From Eledone cirrhosa (lineage: Eukaryota), in contig CAXHJY010000184.1 of the NCBI GenBank assembly GCA_964016885.1, positions 62,001 through 126,000 on the forward strand: 64,000 nt of DNA, written 5' to 3'. The notes under the pieces are model-generated. The model made no database searches, was not told the origin of the DNA, and saw only the letters and a list, made by a program, of their open reading frames with translations. The translations under genes and the position numbers were made by a program. Numbering within the stretch: the first letter of the stretch is position 1; every line of letters begins with the position of its first letter. Below are positions 55,654 through 64,000 of this stretch, one piece after another.

Positions 55654-56361
55654 GAGGAGTATAATAAGGAAGGATGAGATAGGAGAGATGGGTGATAGAG
55701 AGAGAGAGATAGCTTTTATAACTGAGAAAAATATATTGTTTTACAGAGAGAGGTTAAAAAGCCGTTGGAAGATAATATATAAATTAAAAGAATTTAAAAA
55801 TTAATGAAAAGAAAAAATTAAGGTTTGTATATTGAAGGGTTTAATAATATGTGCGATGAAAAGAAATTGTTAATATATATTAAGAATAATGTTAAATTAA
55901 GGTTTAACACATTATTAAACCCTTCAATATACAAACTTTAATTTAACATTATTCTTAATATATATTAACAATTTCTTTTCATCGCACATATTATTAAACT
56001 CTTCAATATACAAACCTTAATTTAACATTATTCTTAATTTTTTTCTTTTCATTAATTTTCAAATTCTTTTCATTTATATATTATCTTCCAACGGCTTTTT
56101 AACCTCTCTCTCTGTAAAACAATATATTTTTCTCAGTTATAAAGGCTATCTCTCTCTTTCTATCACCCATCTCTCTTCCTATCTCATCCTTCCTTATTAT
56201 ACTCCTCCCCCTCCATTCTTTACTCTCATCTCCTCCTCTTTTTCATCCCCCCCCCCTCATTTTTTTCCCAATATCACATATCAATCTTGAATTACTTTTC
56301 ATAAGTTGATTTAAAACTGCACTATTCACAAGTGTTTTTTAACCTTCATATCATGTCTCCC

Positions 56362-56432
56362 TATTTTATCTGACGAAAACGCAAATGTCATCGCATGATG
56401 ATATTTGTTTTTGAAATGCGCATAATAAAATA
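56362..56432 (+). ncRNA. Minimal type I hammerhead ribozyme motif
   Basis: Order of elements: stem I UAUUUUAU, core CUGACGA, stem II aaacgcaaaugucauc-gcau-gaugauauuuguuuuu, core GAAA, palindromic stem III UGCGCA, UA cleavage site (AUA triplet), stem I' AUAAAAUA. Confidence 0.75.
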
Positions 56433-56551
56433 CATGGAACTCTTTTAACCATCTTTTGATCTTATTATTTATACTCCAGTCCCACAAACTGTAGAGTGGT
56501 ACTTATCCGATATCTGCATTGCTCTTTATTGTACTACAATAAAACTCACCT

Positions 56552-56608
<57 letters not shown>

Positions 56609-56640
56609 TATTTTATTATACTTATTTCGAAGACATATGT

Positions 56641-56771
56641 CATTTGTATAATATCTGCCCTACGTGTTTTCTTCCGACAAAAATCCATGCAAGATGTAAA
56701 TATCCGTTGATATGAGATATTCGTTGATATCCATTGATATGAGAACACGTAGGGCAGATGTTATACAAATG
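56641..56771. mobile_element. 131-bp hairpin element (MITE-like) with inverted ends of about 31 bp
   Basis: catttgtataatatctgccctacgtgttttc ... gagaacacgtagggcagatgttatacaaatg. Confidence 0.6.
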
Positions 56772-57272
56772 AAATGGGCAAATGATACCGTCTTTCTTGT
56801 TTATTATTATAACCCACCGAGGTTAACTTTGCCTTTCATCCTTATGGGGTCGATAAAATAAAGTAGCAGTAATACACTGGGTAATTGCTGGCCTTGTGCC
56901 AAAGTAGAAACAATTATTATAATAAAACTCCGGATAAACATAAACTGTTGATATTAAACTTATGAAAGAGTCGGCAAATTTTCAATCAACCAACTTTCCT
57001 TAGTTGAATAAATATATGTATGTATATATAGACGTATTTTTTCTTTAATATTGCAACATTAAAGGAATATATCCTTCTGAAAGAATCGCGAGCAATTTAT
57101 AATGTTATTTAAGCATTGGTAATTATTTATGTATATATTTAAAACATATTTGCTGTTATTCTACTGTAAATATATTATATATACGCAAATAATGAATCTG
57201 TATATTAAAACATCGTTGTATTATTCAATCAGTTTATTGAACAACTAGAATGCTCATCGTCAAGTACTTTAT

Positions 57273-57443
57273 ACATATATATATATATGTGTGTGTGTGT
57301 GTATGTATGTATGAATCTATATATATGTGTGTGTATGTATATATGTGTGTATGTATATGTGTGTATGTATATGTGTGTGTATGTATATATGTGTGTATGC
57401 ATATGTGTGTGTATGCATATGTGTGTATGTATATATATGTGTG

Positions 57444-57474
<31 letters not shown>

Positions 57475-57662
57475 GAAGATAAATTAACGGAGCCATAGAG
57501 TCGCGTTATTCCCTGTAAATTATGTGCTCAAAGGGAAAGGAATCCTATACATATTGTATATGTATATATATATATGCATGTATATATGTATTTGTATATA
57601 TGTATATGTGTGTATGTATGTATGTATGTATATATATATGCATGTGTATATATATATATAGA
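57273..57662. repeat. TA/TG microsatellite tracts; pure (TA)n runs also at about 52335-52380, 53597-53678 and 56553-56602
   Basis: Read directly. Confidence 0.95.
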
Positions 57663-57727
57663 TGTAATCTGAATTTTATAGATGTAATCTGAATAGTATG
57701 TTAGAATATTAAGTGTTAAGTGTTAAT

Positions 57728-57766
57728 TGAACAAGTACTTTCATGCTTTCGCAATCTTCAAGTTCA
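57728..57766 (-). ncRNA. Degenerate minimal hammerhead motif in the PLE 3' repeat (core UUGAAGA)
   Basis: UGAAC-UUGAAGA-uUGC GAAA GCAu-GAAA-GUAC-UU-GUUCA. The first core C is mutated and the palindromic stem III is intact. Confidence 0.5.
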
Positions 57767-58053
57767 TATTCTGTGGTGACAGTCAAGTTTGCAATTTTCA
57801 ACTGTAATGAGATGGGTAAATTTTGTGCCTTATATACAGAGAAAAGCGGCTACAGAATGCTATATTTTGCAAACTGTATTTCGACCAATTGGTGTGTAGT
57901 TTCACTGGATTACTGAAGCTGATTGGTTTAGGCGTCATGGTTGGTTGAGCATGTCTAACGACTTCTATTTGGCTCTATCCAAAGCATCAATTGTTTTGCT
58001 ATTTTTAGAAATGATGTAAATAGCATTTTCTAGGGTTTTTATACCCCTAAGAA

Positions 58054-58344
58054 TTATAATTGTTCATTTAGCTTGGGTTGGAATTTATCAATAAAATTCT
58101 TTTCTTTGATTTTTCTCTTGATTTCACTTGGCCTGTGTAATTTGTAGAATGGAAATATAAATATTTTCTGACCACATGTTGCTAGATGGTTACTCAGGGG
58201 TATCTGACGGACATTTGGGTCTCTGATTTGCTGTCGGTGCACCCGTGCACGTTCCGATAGTGCATTTCCAGTTTGACCGACATATAGTTCTTCACAATTC
58301 GGGCATTTAATGCAGTAAATTAGATTTCTGCTTTTGTAGTTCAT
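58054..58344 (-). pseudogene. GIY-YIG endonuclease domain fragment of a Penelope-like element
   Basis: NLIYCIKCPNCEELYVGQTG...RARVH...H...E..FIDKFQPKLN: xIYxxxCxxC...YVGxT, RxxxH and a terminal PxLN, as in PLE GIY-YIG domains. The RT is absent. Confidence 0.9.
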
Positions 58345-58650
58345 ATTTGCATTTGGGAATATTTTTCAAAATTCCAACCCAAACTAAATGAACAATAATA
58401 ATTCTTAGGGGTATAAAACCCTAGAAAATGCTATTTTCATCATTTCTAAAAATAGCAAAACAATTGATGCTTTGAATAGATGCCAAATAGAAGTTGTTAG
58501 ACATGCCCAACCAACCGTGATGCCTAAACCAATCAGCTTCAGTAATCCAGTGAAACTACACATGTAGCCGCTTTTCACTGTATATAAGGCACAAAATTTA
58601 CCCATCTCATTACAGTTGAAAATTGTAAACTTGACTGTCACCACAGAATA

Positions 58651-58689
58651 TGAACCTGAAGATTGCGAAAGCATGAAATTACTTGTTCA
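58651..58689 (+). ncRNA. Degenerate minimal hammerhead motif in the inverted PLE repeat (core CUGAAGA)
   Basis: UGAAC-CUGAAGA-uUGC GAAA GCAu-GAAA-UUAC-UU-GUUCA. The core is intact and the stem III palindrome is mutated. Confidence 0.5.
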
Positions 58690-59114
58690 ATTAAAACTTA
58701 ACACTTAATATTCTACCATACTATTTCATTCTAATACCATTATAATTTTAAAGGATTGTAAATAAAACGAGTAAATCAGACAAAGTTGTAAAAGTCTGAG
58801 AGATTGGCTACATATGTTTTATATATATATTTTTTTTGTTTAGATGGAAGACAAAACAAAGAAGATGAATACAAAGATGAATACAAAGATGAAGATAAAG
58901 ATGAAGAACCTCACTGCACCGCACTGCACAACACCACACTGCACAACACCACACTGCACCGCACCACATCACACCACACCCCATAAAAATAATACAACAC
59001 TACACCACACTACTCCACTCCACATAAAAACACACCACAACACACCACACTACTCCACTCCACATAAAAACACACCACAACACACCACTCCACACACACC
59101 ACATAACACCCAAC

Positions 59115-60156
59115 ATTTTTTCCTCATCTTTTTTTCATGTGTTATCAACTAATCCGAACTCCAAGATGTTTGTTATTGACTCTCTCTTCATGGAAAACTT
59201 AGGTGGATGCACTTCTCTCATTTAACCCCAGAGTTTTCTCATGTTATCAACGAATATGACCTCCAAACCAGTTGGAAATGATTAGTTGTTCTAGGGAAAA
59301 GGAGGGGTAAAGCAGGTGGAAAAGCCATTGTCGTTTTGTAGATATATACCCTAATGATTTTTCTTCGGTCTCCTTTTCAGTGCTATCAACTAATCTGACC
59401 TTTTAGTTGCTCTGAATCAATTTTTTTTTTCTGGGATTTGGAAACTAAATTAAACATAAAATTAAATCTAGCCCCAACCCTAAATCTAAACCAAACCAAG
59501 CTAAATGTAAACCCTAAACATTACCCCAACCATAAAACTAAACCCTAAACATTACCCCAACCCTAAAACTAAACCCTAAACTTTACCCCAAACCTAAAGC
59601 TAAACCCTAAACTTTACCCCAAACCTAAAGCTAAACTCTAAACTTTACCCCAAACCTAAAGCTAAACCCTAAACTTTACCCCAACCCTAAAACTAAACCC
59701 TAAACATTACCCCAACCCTAAACCTAACCCAGGGAAATAAGTTGATTGGAAGCATCTAGGAGGTCAGATTAATTAATAGCACAGGAAATAGCATAGGAAA
59801 TAGCATAGGAAATAGCATAGGAAATAGCATAGGAAATAGCACAGGAAATTAATAGCACAGGAAATATACCGAAAATGATTAAGTCCCACAACATGTGAGT
59901 GGGGTGTAGATCTGTAAAACTCTTCCCCTCTCCCTCTCCTCTTTCTCCAAAGCTAGTTGTTTTTGACTGGTTTGGAAGTCATATTCACTGATAACGCATG
60001 AAAATAGAATCAAAGAGAAAATTCCGAGTAAGCAGGGGTTATCCGGGTGAAGGGGGAACCACCTCACCCCGCCGTTTTCCTGGGGGGAGAAAGTCGGTTT
60101 CAAGCATCTTGGAGATTGGATTAGTTGATAGCACATGAAAAATAGGAGGAAAAAAT
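59115..60156. mobile_element. Non-autonomous foldback-like element with long degenerate inverted arms around a telomere-like 31-bp tandem repeat (59509-59730)
   Basis: ttcatgtgttatcaactaatccgaactccaagatg versus catcttggagattggattagttgatagcacatgaa, plus further mirrored blocks. Central unit aaaccctaaactttaccccaaacctaaagct. Confidence 0.65.
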
Positions 60157-60159
60157 TTC

Positions 60160-60470
60160 ACATCACATCACACCACATCACATCTCGTCTCGTCTCATTT
60201 CACCATGCCATGCCACATTTCATCACATCACATTTCACCACATCACATCACATTTCACCACGCCACGCCACATCACATCACATGCCATCACACCACATGC
60301 TACCACACTACATCCCACCACACTCCACTACACCATATCCCACACCCTACATTGAACTACACCACACCACTGTCCACTACACTAAACCACACTCCACTAC
60401 ACTACACCACACCACTGTCCACTACACTAAACCGCACACCACACTACACTACACCACACCACACCACTCT
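60160..60470. repeat. Degenerate (CACAY/CACCA)n pentamer low-complexity tract; similar tracts at about 58910-59110, 60765-60835 and 61690-61805
   Basis: Read directly. Confidence 0.85.
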
Positions 60471-61360
60471 CTATTCGACTGTTTTCTATTTCGTAGGTAT
60501 GTCCAGTTACAGTAAGAGAAAGAAAGTTATTTCAAAGGATCTGAGTAAGTAAACACTTCATTGACCATCATTTTAAGCAGAATCTGTGTAGTTTTAAATT
60601 GACCTTTTCATATGATTACACTTCAGTCTTAACTTAACCACCTGTAGATGGATGCTACACGTAATGTTAAAATTAGTTAAACACTGTTTCCCCCTTCTCA
60701 TCACATGTGGATGCTACATGTGTATTGTTAACATTAATCTAACGTTGTCCTCCTCCCCCGCCTCACCATATCATACCACACCACATCACACCATGTTGTA
60801 CCACACCAGACCACATAACACCATGCTATACCATATATATATATATGAGCTCCCCACTCGTTATATTAACTGTATCTCCTCGGTGTTTCGTGAAAGTCTG
60901 AGAGATCAGCTATATATTTGTTTACAATTTTTGTTTATATTTAGATGGAAAAGAAGAAAAAGACGACGAAGCAGATGACTAAAATGAAAATGAAAATGAC
61001 AACAAAGACAAAGAAGACACGGGAAACGAAGATGACGAAAAGAAGTATGATCTCAGTTCAGTCTAAACCTAATGATTTATAGATATGATCTTAGTTCAGC
61101 CTTAACCTAATGACCTGCAGATACGATCTATTTAGGTTTAACTTAAACATTCAAAGATATTTGTATATACTTTTGTTGATGTTTGACATTGTATTTTAGT
61201 TATGAAATAGCTTATAAGCTACATTATAGGATCACAGTGCATGAGCACACTGCTCTTTAAATTAACTTTATCTCCTCAGCACTTTGTAAAGTCTGAGAGA
61301 TAGGCAACATATATGTTTTACATTCTTTGTTTTTGGTATTTAGATGGCAGCGGAGAAGAT

Positions 61361-61616
61361 AAAGGCACAGAAGAAGTCAAAAGCACAGAAGAAGTCAAAG
61401 GCACAGAAGAAGTCAAAGGCACAGAAGCAGTCAAAGGCACAGAAGCAGTCAAAGGCACAGAAGCAGTCAAAGGCACAGAAGCAGTCAAAGGCACAGAAGC
61501 AGTCAAAGGCACAGAAGCAGTCAAAAGCACAGAAGAAGTCAAAGGCACAGAAGCAGTCAAAGGCACAGAAGCAGCTAAAGGCACAGAAGAAGACAAAGGC
61601 ACAGAAGAAGACAAAG
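61361..61616 (+). repeat. 18-bp minisatellite AAAGGCACAGAAG(C/A)AGTC, about 14 copies
   Basis: Read directly. Reads (KGTEAV)n in one frame. Confidence 0.95.
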
Positions 61617-61899
61617 AAAATGAACAAGAACAATTATTATTACTATTATTATTGTTATTATTATTTGAATTATTATAATCAAACTAAGCCACACTACATC
61701 AACCTATACCATACCACACCACACTGACAAACATTATAACCATACCACATTATCCAACACCACACTACGAAACACTATACTTTACCACACTATATCACAC
61801 CACTCAAGTTAGAGAGGATCAACTTTTTTCCTGGAAAGTAGAAAACCTAACTTTAAGCTAAAACCGAACTTTAAAAATAACACTTGCACTCACACATGC

Positions 61900-64000
61900 T
61901 CTAACAGTGAACTTAGCGCTAACATGAAAACTAACACAAAGACTAACCTGAACACTAACACTAAAACTGACACGAACACTAACCTGAACACCAGCACTAA
62001 AACTAACACTACCGTAAACACTAACCTGAACACTTACACTAAAACTAACATTAGCACGAACACTAGCACTAAAACTAACACTACCATAAACACTAACACT
62101 GACCTGAGCACTAACACTAAAAGTAACACTAACACAAACACTAATCTGAAAACTGATACTAACCAGAAAACTAAGCTAACATTAACTTCAACACTAACAC
62201 AAATATTAACACAAAAACAAACAGTAACGCAATCTCTAACACTAACCTCAACACTAAAACTAACATTAACTTGAACACTAACATAAACACTAATGCTAAC
62301 ATTAACGCTAACCTTAACACAAAAACAAAGACTAACGCTAACACAATCACTAACACTAATGGAAACATCAAACACTAATGCTAACAGAGATACTAACACA
62401 AATATTAACACAAAAACAAATACTAACACTAAACTTAACACTAAAACTAACATTAACCTTAACACTAAAACTAACATTAACTTGAACACTAACACTAACC
62501 TGAACACTTACACTGAAACTAACACTACCACAAATACTAACACTGACCTGAGCACTAACACTAAAAGTAACACTAACACAAACACTAATCTGAAAACTGA
62601 TACTAACCAGAAAACTAAGCTAACATTAACTTCAACACTAAAATAAACACTAACGCTAACAGAGATACCAACACAAATATTAACACAAAAACAAACACTA
62701 ACGCAATCTCTAACACTAACATTAACTTGAACACTAACATAAACACTAATGCTAACACTAACAGAAATACTAATGCTAACATTAACCTTAACACAAAAAC
62801 AAAGACTAACGCTAACACAATCTCTAACACTAATGGAAACATCAAACACTAATGCTAACAGAGATACTAACACAAAAACAAATACTAACACTAACACAAT
62901 CTCTAACACTAACTTGAACACTAACACTAACCTGAAAACTAACACAAACACTCATGCTAACACTAACAGAAATACTAATGCTAACATTAACACAAAAACA
63001 AAGACTAACGCTAACACAATCACTAACACTAATGGAAACATCAATCACTAATGCTAACAGAGATACTAACACAAATATTAACACAAAAACAAACACTAAC
63101 CTTAACACTAAAACTAACATTAACACTTAAACTAACACTACCATAAACAGTAACACTAACACTGATCTGAGCACTAACAGTAACACTAACACTACCATAA
63201 AAACTAACACTAACACTAACCAGAAAACTAAGCTAACATTAACCTCAACACTAAAACTAACACTACCGTAAACACTAACACTAACCTGAGCACTGACATT
63301 AACACGAACATTAACCTGAACACTAAAACTAACACTACCATAAACCACTAACCTGAGCACTAACATTAAAAGTAACACGAGCCCTAACCTGAAAACTAAG
63401 TCAACATTAACCTGAACACTAACACTAACAAAAATGCTAACACTAATACAAAATCAAACACTAACGCCAACGCCAACGCTGACACTGACGAAGATGGCTA
63501 TGCTGGCACAAACGCTAGTGCAAATGTTGACACAATCGCTTACGCTGACAAACACTAACGTGAATACTGATGCAGGTGCAAAGGCGAATGCGGACAAAGA
63601 CTCTGACGCACACGTTGATGTAAATGCTACCCAGACTCTAACGCTGACACTGATATAAAAAAAGCAAATGCAGACACTAATGCAAACAGACGCAAAAGTT
63701 GATCCAGATGTTAAAGCAAACGCAAACGATGACAGCGATGCTAATGTGAACCTTAATGCAGGCGTAAACATTGACGTAGAAGCTAAAGGAAACACTAATG
63801 AAAATGCTGACGCAGACGCTGACACAGACACAGACACACGTTAACACAGATGCTAACGTAAACACTGACGCAGATGCTAATATAAACGCTGACACAGATG
63901 CTAACATAAACGCTGACGCTGATGTAGATGTGAATACAGACACTGACACAGACGTAGAAGCTAACACACACGCTGACACAGACACTAATGTAAGCGCTGA
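61900..64000. repeat. Degenerate hexamer array (ACTAAC)n grading into (GCTGAC/ACAGAC)n, with an internal block duplicated 444 bp apart
   Basis: 6-nt periodicity throughout. The block actgacctgagcactaacactaaaagtaac...ttcaacactaa occurs at 62098 and 62542. Confidence 0.9.

Larger units (their letters stand above)
53998..56465. repeat. Long inverted repeat (arms of about 520 bp, spacer of about 27 bp); the left arm is interrupted by a hAT element; probable Penelope-like terminal-repeat remnant
   Basis: 53998-54269 plus 55662-55905 is the reverse complement of 55933-56465, with few mismatches. Confidence 0.9.
57693..58725 (-). mobile_element. 5'-truncated Penelope-like retroelement with an inverted terminal-repeat copy
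   Basis: GIY-YIG ORF end followed by a 3' region. About 57693-58087 is repeated inverted at about 58368-58725, and the left arm has an extra insert of about 38 bp. This is the typical inverted pLTR layout of PLEs. Confidence 0.85.

Noticed and set aside
59460-59730. True telomere or chromosome-fusion site
   Set aside because: The repeats are a degenerate 31-bp unit rather than (TTAGGG)n, and they are enclosed by the inverted arms of an element.
48208-63985. Short ORFs rich in H/T/P, Y/I/C/V or T/N/L/V in the ORF track
   Set aside because: They are translations of CAC, TA/TG and ACTAAC simple repeats with no domain signal.

Overview
AT-rich eukaryotic DNA. The SINE types and microsatellite load suggest a coleoid cephalopod such as Octopus, which is an inference. 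Bases 1-40551 are one giant, head-to-tail 27-bp minisatellite (CAGTCACTACAGGACTATAGTCTTTCC, about 1500 units, open at the left edge). It has a palindromic core and a nested higher-order structure. All the long ORFs there come from the 9-codon period and are not genes. The array lies in the intron after the fourth coding exon of a minus-strand XPR1 (SPX-EXS phosphate exporter) gene. Its four SPX-domain exons (45782-45714, 44965-44914, 43131-43030, 42188-41908) splice in frame with canonical GT-AG sites. Upstream of XPR1 (46-64 kb) is a dense repeat and transposon patchwork. It includes a 40/26-bp minisatellite, tRNA-derived SINEs, MITEs, an internally deleted hAT transposon with intact TSDs, and a Penelope-like GIY-YIG fragment with an inverted terminal repeat. 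Two inverted-repeat structures each carry a pair of outward-facing minimal type I hammerhead ribozyme motifs. There are also repeated splice-acceptor/acidic exon-like modules. No CRISPR or prokaryotic system is present.
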